A stretch of DNA of 64,000 nucleotides from the human T2T-CHM13v2.0 reference genome, Homo sapiens: assembly GCF_009914755.1 (NCBI RefSeq), contig NC_060926.1; one strand, given 5' to 3'. The notes beneath the pieces are model-generated. The model was not told the origin of the DNA, ran no database searches, and saw nothing but the letters and a program-made list of their open reading frames with translations. Made by a program: the position numbers and the translations under genes. This document shows, in pieces, positions 46,444-60,423 of this stretch (the stretch's first letter is position 1; each line of letters begins with the position of its first letter).

Positions 46444-48340
46444 CTAGAAAACATTCAGTTCAAAAATGATTATAGAGATTCTGTCGATCAATAAGATTTC
46501 AACAAATCAAACTAGGTCTGAGGACCTCTACAATTATAAATGTTTCTTTCTCACATGAAAGTTAACATCTAGTGTTCAAATAGGTTTATGTAATCTAAGC
46601 TAGACTTTTGGTTATTCAAACACCAAATATGATATACCAGCAACCCTCTGCTTACAAATAGGTGATATTGTAAAATAGAATCTGAATGAGATGTGTGGGA
46701 CAATCACCTGTAGTTCTATAATACTGCACATAAGTTTGAATGCAAATATATATCACCAGGGTTGCCATGTTTGGTTGTACTGGTGTACTATATACACCAT
46801 GCTAGGCCAAGTGGGCAAGAGAGGCTAAAACCAAACCCACACTCTGCTCACCAAGCCATGCACCCTGGCATGGAACTGCATCTTCCTGGATAAAAGGGCA
46901 CCCTTTTCTGATTTGTACACAAAGAAACTGAATGAGTCAGTGGTGGACCTTTGCGTTCTCACTACCACATGGGAAAATATATTCTGAGATCCATTTAGAA
47001 CTTTGGATGCAATGACTATATTCCCACAATGGCCACTGCAAAAGCTAAGGGCACCCCACACTGCTGGTAGAAACAGCAGTTTACCCCTAACCTTATCTCA
47101 GCTGGACTAGAACAGGTATATGGAGGTTCTCACTAAAGAGAGCATGTGGGGTGCTCATCACTATGTCCAGTGTTTGCATATCAGCAACACTACAAATCTG
47201 GGGTTCCTCACTCCAGGCATGCCAGATGATTCGAATTACTGGGTTAGTCCTTTTGTACTACGAGAACCCAAACTTTAAAAAAGAAGAAACACTATGCTGG
47301 TACTACTTTATAATAAAATATTTTTCTTAGATAATTTAGCAGAATTAAAAAAAAAAAAGAGAGAAAAACCTCTACATGAGGCTAGTCAGTAATTCCTCAC
47401 AAAAGAAGGGATTAAGAAGGTAAAATTTAGGGGCAGAGAAGAAAACTCAATCCCTGCTTACCATCTTTGCCCCAACAACCTTTCTGCCCAGGTAGAAACC
47501 AAGCCCTGGGCACCAGCCACTGGTGATTTTTTTTCCCATTCTTTCAACTGCCATTTAACCAGCAAAGCAACCTCCTAACACCAGAGTTATTAACAGTAAA
47601 ACAGTCCCTCATGTTCAAGACTCCTCAATCATTCTCCTCTAACACAGAACCAAGAGTGGGTCTGGGGCTCATACACAGGGCAAAAAACTTCATTTGTATT
47701 GATGAACTTTCTTTACAAACAGTAGCAGGTTCAGTGAGTACCAGAGCACTGGAAGCAGAGAGCAGCCCCAGAACCCTACCTGTGTGATTTACAGTTCTGA
47801 AACCCAGTTTTCAGTCCGCTGCCCCTTTGCCTCTGACGGTATCACTGCACAGACTTTTTCTCAGCGGTGCACATTGGACACACAGCAAGACTACACAGCT
47901 AGGCTAGGTGGCGAGCCCAACACTAATTCTACAATGACGATGGCTGCTCTGTTAGCAATAAGGAGGGCAGCTGCTTTCTCCAGACAAAACATTTTCCAAT
48001 TTGAAGAACACAGAGAGAAGCAAATATATTTAATCAGCATCAATATCATCACCCAAAGCTGCATGAAAGTAACAAGTTTCAAAATACAGTTAATCCCCAT
48101 AATTAGGTTATGACCAGCCTTTATGAACTCTTACTTCTTTGTCAACTTTTAACATTATCACAGATTTTCAGAAGTAGTATTTAATTTCTCCACGTACTTA
48201 ATGAATCTCCATAGAGTCCTAATGATCTCAGTAATTAGTATAGTCATCTAGTACATTTCGCTGTAATTAAGAAAATCAAAGGGAACTTAAACTGGTGTTA
48301 ATAAATATTCAGATCATGCTTTCAGACTTTAGACATTTAC

Positions 48341-48500
48341 CTGACTCATCTGTTTTTAGAGGAAAGCGACCACTGAACATAGATGCCAACATGGAGTCCT
48401 TGAAGCGGCACAAGGACTCCCGCCGGGCTGTGTAAATACAGCCACCCACGTTCAGTCGGAGAACATCTAGCACCTCTTCTTCTGCCTTGTGGCCTTCCAT
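48341..48500 (-). CDS. KCTD18: KCTD18 first coding exon, [20 protein letters not shown]...KTDES(G); whole exon 48341-48575
   Basis: ATG at 48500 in GAAATGG context; LNVGG BTB motif; acceptor tttgttttacag before 48575; CAG|GTAAAT donor. Confidence 0.95.
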
Positions 48501-49317
48501 TTCTCCCCCAGGCACCTGAATTTTTGCCGCCCAACACTTTCAGAAACTTCAAAACAATGATGTCTTGGTCTCCCTCTGTAAAACAAAGGACAGTCATCCC
48601 CGCCATTTCCAACAAGACACTAAATAGATAATATAATAAATATACTTTAACATGACTGAAAATAAATTCCTCAGTACTGGCATTATTGAATTGAAGGATT
48701 TTATATAATATAAGAGAATTTCGAGATATGCTAAGAAGTTGGAAAATGTTGGCTAAGAGGATTTGTAAAAGATAATAAACGACTAACAACCCAATCATTG
48801 CTGTTGAAATGACTGTTTAAACATGGTAATGCACTCTCTGTCACACAGCAAACAAAGGAGAGGCCTGCTTATGATCTTCAGTATTCACATATCTTTTTAA
48901 CCATGATAAGTCTGAGGGAGCCTCTAGACTGCAGAGATCAGTGGACAGCATGGAATTGAGCTGCTAGGCTCTTCCCCTCACCAGCTCTAGGATCTTGGGC
49001 AAATTACTTATCTTCCTCTTCCATAAAATGGAGGCAGTGATGATGCCCAGCTCAAAGGACTATAAGAGGAATAATTAAAAGAATATATAAAACAGCAAAA
49101 GAGCAGAATCTAGCTCATGGTAACTATTCAATAAATTATAAATATTATGCATAATGATATAAATTTAACCATAAGGTGTCTACAGAGGGACTTGATATTG
49201 ACTCTGGAAATGTAAGGAAATAAAGGAGCAGGAATTATTAACAATGATAACTATAATTCTTAAGTTAGGTAACTAAGGAATATATAATTTATCAACTGAG
49301 ATTATAATTCTTCTTTT

Positions 49318-49457
49318 AATTTTTTTAAATTTTTAAAAAATGAGACAGGGTCTCGCTGTGTTGCCCAGGCTAGTCTTGAACTCCTGGGCTCAAGCAATCC
49401 TCCTGTCTTGGCCTTCCGAAGTGCTGAGTATACAGGCATGAGCCACCACGCCCAGCC
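49318..49457 (-). mobile_element. Alu monomer (FLAM-like)
   Basis: Reverse left-monomer sequence. Confidence 0.75.
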
Positions 49458-49576
49458 TGAGATCAGAATTCTATGTAGACCAGTAGCCAGGCCAGTCTAG
49501 AACTACAAATAACACCTCCAAATCATCCAGCTTCTTCACTGTGAAATGGATGAAGCTTTAGGGAAGTTTTGGGGGG

Positions 49577-49873
49577 TTTTTGTTTGTTTGCTTGTTTGTT
49601 TTTTGAGATGGAGTCTCGCTCTGTAGCCCAGGGTGGAGTACAGTGGCGCCATCTCGGCTCACTCCCGGGTTCAAGCAATTCTCCTGCCTCAGCCTCCTGA
49701 GTAGCTGGGACCACAGGTATACACCATCATGCCGGGCTAATTCTTGTAATTTTAGTAGAGACGGCGTTTCACCATATTGGGCAGTCTGGTCTCCAACTCC
49801 TGACCTCAGGTGATCCACCCACCTCGGCCTCCCAAAGTGCTGAGATTACAGGCGTGAGCCACTGCACCCGGCC
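49577..49873 (-). mobile_element. AluS antisense with small internal deletion
   Basis: (TTTG)n tail; ggctcac|tcccgggttc junction lacks about 15 nt. Confidence 0.87.
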
Positions 49874-51099
49874 CAGGGAAGGTTTAAGGGTTGGATTTTT
49901 TTAATCCATTCTGGAGATCACAGAACCACAAGTGACACTGTGGTGTTTTCCCACCTAAAACAATACTGTGATGAAAAAGGTACTCCCAATTATTGAGAAT
50001 CTGCAGTATCCACACATTTCATAGCAAGTTGAAAATGGCTGCCAAAAGGCTCAACTACATCCATGTCAATTCACTTTTACTCAGTGAACTAAGATCGTTT
50101 TGTAGATGCCAGCTAGTCTCCAATAAAATGGAAGGAGACCATTAAAATCTGAGGAAGACCATGTGTGTAGAATACGGTCAGCAACAGAAACCATTATGGG
50201 CCAAAGGTCCAGCCTTCCAAAACCACTTATGGATGTGACATCTCGCTCTGCCTAGAAGTCCTGGGAGCAGCACTCCAAAGATCCATGTGTGAGAGCCACC
50301 TCTGAGGCATGGGATGGAACTTGTTCCCTCTGCCTCATTACTGGCTCCCTGGAATCCTATCTATTCTTCAAGGCCTTCAGCAAACCTAATTTCTTGCATG
50401 ACCGTCCCACGTATCCTTCTGCCCCCCAAGTTAGAATCCTTGCACAATTCTACAAATATACTGTGTGTCTGTCCACTTTTTACCCCACTTGTTTAATCCC
50501 TACTTTTTGGTCTGTAGGCCAAGGAAGCCAGGGCCTGTGTCACTCTTAATAACTCCCATTTACTGAATGCTTATTATGTGCCAGCCATTGTAAGAGACAC
50601 TTGACACACTTTACCTAATTCACACAAAAACTCTATTGGATGGGAATTACTGTCCCTGTTGACAGATGAGGACATTGGGGTAAAAAAAAAGAGTGATGTG
50701 TACAGGGGCCACACAAGGACTGACTGCTAGTAGGTTGTGGAGCCAGCCCCAATCCAGAACGGCAGGACGAACCCCAAGTTCTTCCTGCTTCACCCCACAC
50801 CGCCTCCTCCAGCACTGTTTCACCCCTATGGATCCTGACCCAGCCCTTTCACTCTCTAAGCATCTGTCCATCTCAAGACTTGGCTACGATAACACAGCAG
50901 CACCCCGATCCCGAGGATTTAAGAGCTACTCCTCCTACCCCAACCCCAGGCAGTCTCTCCTAAGGATAGGAACATCATCATTCCAAGGCCACACCAGGGG
51001 GGCACTCCGCAGGCCCCATCCTCAAAAGCACCCAGTTAGGCTCCCTGCTATGTGGAAAGTGTCCAGCCCTCGGGGACAATGTCCCCCAGAGTGCATTCC

Positions 51100-51800
51100 T
51101 ATGATCACCTGCATCAAAACCATCAGGGACGCTTGGGAAAACGAAGACACTCCGGCCACAGCACACAGTTCCTCAGAAAGTCTGAGGAGGGGTCGGGATC
51201 TGCCCGCGAACCCCACTTTGAAAAACATCGCTCAAGGGGCTCACACTCCTCTTCCGAAGCGGGAAGAGCCGGGAGGAGCTGGGGAGCCAGAAAGCCCCGC
51301 CACGGTCTTCCGCGGCCTGGAGACCCCAAATCGGCCCGAAGCCCGAGCCTGCAGCCCGGGGCGCGCGCGTTACCAGCGCGGCCCGTGCCCTTCCTCAGGG
51401 CGCCCCGCCGCCTTCCGGGCCCGCGGCCCATCCCGCGCCCGGCTTTCCGCACCGGGGGGGTGGGGCGGGTCGGCAGCTTCCCAGACTGACCTGCGGCCCG
51501 CCAGACCCTCGGCGCGGCCGCCGGACGCCGCGGGGCGGACGCGGAAGTGAACGCCTTCTCAGCTGCTCGGCAACTCGGGAGCAGAGCGGCCCCAGCGGCG
51601 CCCCCGTGCGGCCCGGCTCTGAGGCAGCGGCTCAGGGAGGGAGGGAGGCCACGTCCCGGGCACGCCACGCCACGCCACGCCCCGCCCCCAGATTCGTCTC
51701 GCCCCAGTGGGCCGCCTCGGAGTCGGGTGGGTCTTCCATCCCGGAGGTAAGGGAAACACACGGTAGAGAAGGCCAGGGCTGAACCCCAAGGGACGGTCTT
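51100..51800. promoter_or_regulatory. KCTD18: CpG-island promoter / non-coding exon 1 of KCTD18, probably bidirectional
   Basis: Dense CpG and high GC; ETS/GABP motif CGGAAGTG at 51542; GC boxes; (CACGC)4 at 51661; splice donors facing outward on both strands. Confidence 0.88.
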
Positions 51801-52519
51801 GTGTGTTCAGAGGCTGGTTTTACAGGTGAAGAGAAGAAACAGCCGCAGAAGTTGCGATTGTCCAAGGTCACTTAATAAGTGGCAAGAATTAGGATGTTAA
51901 GTGTTCTCACCCCCAGGTCAGTGCCCATCCCTCCAAACAGGGCTGCTCAGTGCCAACGTGTGTTAATATATTGCACTTGGATAAGTCTATCTGGATAGTG
52001 TCTGCAGCTTACAAAGCTTTTTCACACACAGCATTCTTGTTTAGTCTGTGTGACAGTGATATAAAGGGTGATATTTATTTCCCATTATAGCAAGGAAAAT
52101 TGAGGCGAGAGCAAACATTTATTCAACACTTTTGTACACCTGACACTGTGCTAAGTGCTTTGCATGCACTACTTAATTTCCTGTTAACGATAACCCTAAA
52201 ACAGTTCTTCCAGTTTCTAGCACCATCTTACCTTGTGCAAGGTACTGTGCTAGATATTTCAAGAGAAATATAACAGTCCTGTTTTCAAGGTGCTTCCCCA
52301 AAATCAAAAATATTTGGTTCCAAATTTCCCTGACTGGCTCTTAGAAGAGAATAAGCCAAAGAGAGGTAAGTCAACCTATCCCCTTAGATATTAACAGTCT
52401 TAGGAGAGAGGGAAGGTTTGTTCAACCTGTAATTATTAAGCACTAGCTATGGAGCAAGCACTGAGAGTAAAGGACTGGAAGAGACAAATAATGGGCGTTC
52501 AACCTTACTTTCCAGTACA

Positions 52520-52811
52520 ACATGCAGAAAACTTGTTCTGTAAATATTTTAGGCTTTGTGGGCCATGCACAACTACTCAACTCAGCAGTTGTAGTCTAAA
52601 AGAAGGCATAGGCAAAACCTGAACAAATGAGCATTGCTAGTTCCAACTTTATGGACACTGAAATTCCAATTTCACATAATTTTCATGTGTCAAAAAATAT
52701 TCTTTTAAAAATGCAGCTTTTTCAAACACTTAAATATGTACAAGCCATTCTTAGATCATGGGCCAGACAAAAACAAATGGTGGTCCATGGGCCATAGTTT
52801 GCCTGCCCTTG
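52520..52811 (+). mobile_element. MER58B-like (hAT-Charlie)
   Basis: gtaaatattttaggctttgtgggcca...gggccatagtttgcc. Confidence 0.7.
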
Positions 52812-52849
52812 TTCAAGTGGGAGAAACAGACACTAAGCAAAGTGGTGAC

Positions 52850-55600
52850 AGAGAGTGATAACTAGGTGCGAGGAAATGAGTGGACATTTAAGTTGAGGGC
52901 TAGGAGTCAGAATGAGTCCACCTTCTGCAGAGATGGAGGAAGGGTATTTTAGGAAGAAGGGAGAGCAAGTCGGAAGCCCCTCAGGCAGGAAAGGACTCAG
53001 CAATTTGTAGGAAGAGAAAGGCCACTAGTATGTCTGAGCCTTGGTGGGCATCAGGACAAAGGGGAAGATGAGATGGGATGAGGTTGAAGAGAGAGGCAAG
53101 AGCCCAGACTCTAAAGTATTGTGTGGCCATGGTAGAAATTTAATTTGACTGTAAGCATAATGAGAAGCTATTGAAAGGTTTTAAGCAGGGAAGTGACACA
53201 ATTGATTTACTATTAAAAAAAAAAATCACTGCAGCTACTGAGATGAGAATGGATTGGAAAGGTGTGAGATGGAAGTAGATGACTATTGCAATAATCCAGG
53301 GGAGAAATGTCTTAGTTCCTCCTTGAGTAGTGTTGGCAATAAAGAGAAGTGGATGGATGCAAGAGGGGTACTCAGGAGATAGACATGACATAAAATTTGT
53401 TGGTGGATCAAATACAATGTGTTAATATGGATCCCCTGAGAAGCAAACAATATTATCAGATTAGACATGTGAGAGATTTATTGAAGGGAACACCTGTGAG
53501 GTAATAACAGGGAAGCATCTGAGGGGAATTAGGAAAGACATTAGACAGTTTCAACCCTTGTGGAGAACAGGAAAGGAAAAGTAGGAAAAGTTGTAGATAT
53601 GATACAGTTCTGAGAAAGTTTCAGCACAGCCAGTGGAAAGCCTTCAAGCCAAAGTCCCCCATATCAGAAGAGTTCTGTGTCTCCCAGGAATGGGCCTGCC
53701 TTAAATCCCTCTGCTCAGTCACTGGCTGGGAGCAGTCAGTGGGCAGTGCAGCCTGGTGATAAATTTCAAAGGACAGCAGCTGAGGCATCAGTCAACAATG
53801 CTCCCTGCAATTGGAGATCTGAGAAGTGCATTTTCATGGCTGCAATATATGGGATTTAAGGGAAAGGGAAAAATGTAGGAATATCTCTAAATTGTTAATT
53901 TGAACAATGGGATAATAGTGAGTTTACCGAGTCAGTGAATTATGGGAGAGGAATAGGTTTGAGGGAAGAAATCAGAAGCTGTGTTTTGGACTACTAAGAT
54001 TCAGATGCTTTTCAGACATTCAGGTAGAGAGATCAATTAGCAATTGAATAAATCTGGAGCTCAGGGGTAAAATTCTGTGTTGAAGGTGGATATTTGGAAA
54101 GCATAAGCATTTAAAGCTATGAGAGTGAATGAAACCATCTGCAGAAAGGGCAGATAAATGAGAAGAGACAACATGAAGCATTGACTTCAGCATTTAGAAG
54201 TCAGGCTTACAAGGAAGAGCCAAGAGGAAGGAGGGGAGTCAGGAGCGTATGGAGTTACAGGAACCAAGAGAGCAAAGTGTCATTCATGTCAAATGCCACT
54301 GAGAAATCAAGGGTCCATCATATTTGGTATTGTGGGAGTTCTAGGTGACCTTGACAAGAGCAGTTTCAATGTTGTGGTGAGGACGCAAACCAGCCAAAAA
54401 TGGGCTGGAGAGTGAATGGGAGATGGAAGGCTGGATGTAACCCTTTAGAGAAGACTTTGTTGTAAATAGAAGTAGAGAAGTGAAGCTGTAGTGAAGGTGG
54501 GATAAGAGTCAAGAAAAGGAATTTTAGGATGAGAGTCATTCCAGCAGGTTATGCTGATGGAAATGATTCAGTAGATAGGCAGAGATTGGTGAGGCAGGAA
54601 GGGGAGGGAGGGGACAACCGAAGAAATGAAATACTTGGCAAAGCAAAAGGGTGTTGGAGCCAAAGCACAAATTAAGCAATTTTCATTTGACAAGAGCAGG
54701 GGTAGGAGGTAAAACACAGAAGACAGATTTAAGTTCAACTAAGTTGTAGATTTCACAGAGGAGAGATGAGAAAAGTCTGACCAAATGGCTTCTGCATTCT
54801 CTATTTAGTCTAAAGCAAGGTCAAAGGCTGAGAGTAAAGGAGATGAGGAGTGGAAAAGGTGTGAAGAAGGAGCGTAAGGTATGAATTATTTATCTTGGGA
54901 ACTGAAAAGCAAACTTTCTATAGAAACTTGGTAGGATTGCTAAGAAGGGATGAGTGTCCACTTGAAGACTGTAATCATTATAACATGGATGTCAAGCTAG
55001 TCATCCCAGTTATATGACTTTTATCCAGCAACATTCAGCAGCTTCAGTACAGGTGCTGAGAAAGTAGATAACCCTGGGCTCAGCCGGAGTTGGGATTTAG
55101 CCAGGTAGTATGACACAAGGATTGGTTACCATGATGGATCATCGATTCTAAGATGGGTAAAGAGGGAAGTATATGAATGTGGTGATGCATAGTGAAAAGG
55201 TAGTGAGATTAATGGATTTGAGATCTCAATGGAGTTGAGGAATTTTTCAAATAGGAATACTAGAGTAAGTGAGCTAGAAGAATTGAAGGCAGTGGTCAGA
55301 GAGTATACTTGAATTCAAGATGCCAGAAGTCATGCAATGAATGTAGTGCCAAGGCTCTGGGCTGAGACGGGGTGGAAACAAAGTTAGTAGAGGTGAAAAT
55401 TGTAAAGAAATGGCAAGCTAGGTTGTAAGATGGGTTATCACCGTAAATAAATACAAAGTCAACAAGAATGAGTTGGCATAGAGAGAAAGATGATGAAATG
55501 GAAGCCATTGTTACCAATAACTGATCATCAAAAGAGTTGTAGAAAACTGCATTGAGGAAAGAAGGAGAGATCCTCTGTCCTGAGGTATACATATAGTTAA
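52850..55600. mobile_element. Degenerate L2 fragments with an embedded MLT1-like LTR (about 53420-53850)
   Basis: Purine-rich L2-like motifs (gaaggttttaagcagggaagtgac, ggtgaccttgacaagagcagtttca); boundaries uncertain. Confidence 0.5.
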
Positions 55601-55776
55601 AATTACCTAGGGCTTAGAAAGACAAAGAAGGAAAAGTGTTTGGAAGCACTATTGAGAGAAAACGAAACGCCAGCTCCACCTCCTGATTCTGGAATATGGG
55701 GGGAGTGGAAGAAAAAGTAGTCTCCACCCAAGAAGTCTACAGTGGAAGCAGGACCTCTAAGAACAGACAACTTTCA

Positions 55777-56080
<304 letters not shown>

Positions 56081-57284
56081 TCAGAAGTATGAGGATGAGG
56101 GCCCCAGGTAACAGTGGACAACTTGGGGAATTGGGACTGCTGGGGTGATTATAGAACACAGGGTCTAGACATAATGAGAAAAGTCCTAATGGTCTGTTAA
56201 TGCAAGGTTCAAGCAAAGGCCAAATATTTAACTCAATAGCATTGGTATAACCCCATTTTCTGACTGCTTTCAATTGTATGGTGGACTGAGGGCAGGGAGG
56301 GTCTTATGTGGAACTGAAGCATCAGGAAAATCCTCGGGTGACTACTCCCTCCTGCAGCTCTCCTGGAAGGAAAGAACAATCCTAGCTCTGGTGCACAGAA
56401 GGTTGAAGGGAAGGGGGTAAAAAAGCAGTATATAACTCAGAACCTGAGTCACACACCTGATTAGACTTGAGACTGCCCTCCTCTTCTGGCACTCTTTAAG
56501 ATGGGAAAGATAGGTACTTGTCATGGTAAAGGAGAAGCAAATAACTTTGCGACTGTCCTCCAGGAAAAGATTCCCAAACCATAAACGCATTCCTCCTTCA
56601 AACCCAGGACAATGTATGGGAGAATGAAGGGTCTGGTTGCTTCTTTGTTCACAAAGGCTAGATAAGTTGGGACGTTTTTCTTTTTGCAATGCCTGGTGCA
56701 GAGTGTGCAGTTCCACCAAGATAACACTGACAGGACAATTTCTGAGCAGCCAGGCAATAGCAGCTATAGCTGCATAAATCTGAATTTCCCAATTCATTCT
56801 CTGAAAACCACACTACAGAACAATAAAAAAGATCAAACAAAACTGCAGGAAATGCATGCCACCTGCATAACTAAAAGAGAATGTTCAAATTTCAGTATAC
56901 CTGTAAGTAGGAAGTAAACATCCAGTCTCAAGTAGCTGTGTCTCAAGATCTTGCCATAAACTTTCACAGAGATACAGTTCTGAGAAACAGAGATACAGAG
57001 CAGCCTGGAGAAAGTGAATAGAAGAGAGAAGAGGAGAGCCATTGACAGGCCTGTGATTGATCTAAGAAAACCAGAAAAAAGAGAAAGTCCATCGTATGTG
57101 CTAACATACTGGAAAAGATTCCTAGGAGATAAAACCACTTGCTATATATGTTTTCTTAAAGTGCGCATGATTCATGGGAACAGTCTATGAAATGCATTGC
57201 TTCTGGAGGTACAGAAGGTAAAAAAGATAGAGAGGCACCCTTTGAATCTAAATGAAGAGGAAAATAAGTAAAAAGAAATTTTAG

Positions 57285-57598
<314 letters not shown>

Positions 57599-57859
57599 TC
57601 AAAGCTTTAAAAATATGCAATCTTTAGCTACATACACATGCATGTGCATGCATGTACACATGCAAAAGCCATCCATTGACAAACTGTATTTCACTGCAGA
57701 AGAGAATACCCTTGAACTTGAAATCTCATAAACCATATCAAATCTTTGAAATGAACAGATGATGTATTATTCAAGGTTTTCCAGATAAAAAGAACCAATA
57801 ATTAGTATGTGCATATATATGTAGATATAGATACAGATATACAGATATAGATTAGAAAT

Positions 57860-58250
57860 ATGCATTTAATATAAAGCATTGGCTCACACAAATATGAAGG
57901 CTGAGAGGTCTTATGATCTGCTCTCTTCAAGATGGAGACCCAGGAAAGCCAGTGGTATAGCTCAAAGGCCTGAAAGCCAGAGAACTGACTACACAAATTC
58001 CAGGCTGAATGTGAAGACCTGAGAACCATGAGCCCTGAGCCAGGGCAGGTGAAGGTTGCTATGCCTGCTCAATACACAGGCAGAGACCTAGCAAACACAC
58101 TGGGGAGGTCAGTCTGCTTTCTCAGTCTCCCAATTTAAATGCTAATCTCTTCCAGAAGCACTCTCACAGTCATATCCAGAAATAATACTTAACCAGATAG
58201 CTGGGCATTCCATGATCCAGTCAAGTTGACATATAAAATTAACTACCACA
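57860..58250 (-). mobile_element. MLT2-like ERVL LTR
   Basis: ttggctcacac...ccagtcaagttgacatataaaattaactaccaca terminus. Confidence 0.65.
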
Positions 58251-59341
58251 GGTGAAAACAGAGTAAATATATACAAAACCATTATAAGAAGAAAACAGAA
58301 AACAAGACCGTGTCAGCTGATGAAAATTCTCCTCTCCCCCCGAAAAGAATCCAAAGCAGAAGAAAACTGACATAAACTCCAAAGTGAAGTAAATATCTTC
58401 AAAGAAGCTTTTGGGAATATGAAAAAAACACCTTGAATCATAAATTTTAAAGTAAAAATGGACAAAAAATGGGAAGAAATAAAAGAGAGTGTGTTAGATC
58501 CAAGAAAGAAATATAAGAAAAAGACAAATTACTGCAGAAGTGAAGAACAAATTGCAAAGTTTCCAGAGGAAAAGAGAATTAAATAAAATCTTAATAAGGG
58601 ACAGGGAAATAACCAAGATATGAAAAGAAGATACAAAACTAAAAGCTTTGAGAGAAAAGAAGTGGTTGAAATGGAAGACATTTCAGAGAGAAGTAGTTGA
58701 AATGGAAGACAGGCAAAGAAGAAACAACATACAAATTATTGCAGTCCTTAAGGGATATACACAAACAACAAAGGAACAGAACTAATATTTGGGACCATAA
58801 TCCAAGCATGTTTCAGGATATAAAAGAATATATAAATCTATATACCAAAAGGACTCATCAATTATGTGGGAAAATTAATCCAGAATTGTCAACTCTAAAC
58901 CATACGCAAGTAAAATTATTAGATTTCAAAGATAAAGAAAAAATCCCCGAGATCTCCAAGGGAAAAAAGATCAAGAAATTACAAGGACGAGAGAATTAGA
59001 CTGGCACAGGACTGCTCAAAAACAATATATTAACAAGGCAACAATGGAACAGCAGTTTAAAAAAAAAGCTCAAGGAAAAAAGTGTGAATCAAGGACTTCC
59101 AGGCAACCCATTCTTCAAGTATTAAATATCAAGCCAAGAAAAGATGAGTTTTAAACATGAAAAAATTTAGGGAATTTTTAATACATGAACCCTTCTTGAA
59201 GAATCTTTGAAAAGATGATTTCTGCTCAACCAAGTAGCGAAACTTTCTCAAAAGGACAGATGGTGATCATTTACTATATTTAATTGTAGACCTAAGACTA
59301 AACAAAGGTGGGGACAAAGCTAACAAAATATTGTTATATGT

Positions 59342-59706
59342 TGATATGGTTTGGCTGTGTCCCCACCCAAATCTCATCTTGAATTGTAGCTCCCATAATC
59401 CCCATGTGTCATGGGAGGGACCTGTTGGGAGGTAATTGAATCATGGGGGTGGGTTTTTTCTGTGTTGTTCTTGTGATAGTGAATAAGTCTCACGAGATCT
59501 GATGGTTTTATAAAGGGCAGCTCCCCTACACATGCTCTCTTGCCTTCCACCATGTAAGACATGCCTTTGCTCCACCTTCACCTTCTGCCATAATTGTGAG
59601 GCCTCCTTGGCCATGTGGAGCTGTGAGTCCATTAAACCTCATTTACTTTATAAATTACCCAGTCTCAGGTATGTCTTTATTGGCAGCATGAGAACGGACT
59701 AAAGCA
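59342..59706 (+). mobile_element. THE1C/D MaLR solo LTR
   Basis: tgatatggtttggctgtgtccccacccaaatctc start; perfect 5-bp TSD tatgt. Confidence 0.9.
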
Positions 59707-60139
59707 TATGTTGTATGTAGTACATTCTGACAAAGTAGAAATAACACAACTGAAAATGGGAAAAGGGAACAAGAAAAAGGAAAATAGAATAAGCCTACCA
59801 ATTGTGATATAGGCAATGGATAGGGGTTAAGGGACAATATTAAAATTAAAAAGTCAGATAATCGAAGGTTAAATAAAAAAGAGGGAATGAAGTTTCTTGA
59901 AAAAGGTATAGTACAAAGATAACCAGTAGAATAAAACTGTGAGCTTTCTTAAATACAAAAAAATTTTTTAAAATTAAAATAGCAAAAAAAAGTGTCATGC
60001 AAAGAAAGAAACACAGCAAATAAAACACAGTTTTAAGATTATTATAGTATAAAATATGTATAACAAAATAAGTTGAACTGTCATATTAATGAGTATGAAT
60101 GAGTTTAACTTATCTATTAAAAGCAAAAGATTTCCACTG

Positions 60140-60423
60140 GACATGCTCATTCCCATAATCCTAGCGCTTTGAGAGGCCGAGGCAGGCAGATCACCTGAGG
60201 TCAGGAGTTCGAGACCAGCCTGGTCAACATGGTGAACTCCGTCTCTACTAAAAATACAAAAAGTAGCCAGATATGGTGGTGGGTGCCTATAATCCCATCT
60301 ACTCAGGAGGTTGAGGCAGGAGAATCACTTGAACCCAGGAGGCAGGGGTTGCAGTAAGCCGAGATCATGCCACTGCACTCCAGCCTGGGTGACAGAGAGA
60401 GAGACTCTGTTTCAAAAAAAAAA
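60140..60423 (+). mobile_element. AluS
   Basis: Dimeric Alu with A tail; flanks aaaagcaaaagattt / aaaggcaaaagagattt. Confidence 0.85.

Noticed and set aside
50693-51761. Long ORFs of 285, 212 and 145 aa across the CpG island
   Set aside because: Stop-codon scarcity in GC-rich DNA; non-ATG or poor starts and no recognisable domain. Only the internal uATG at 51431 is kept as a finding.
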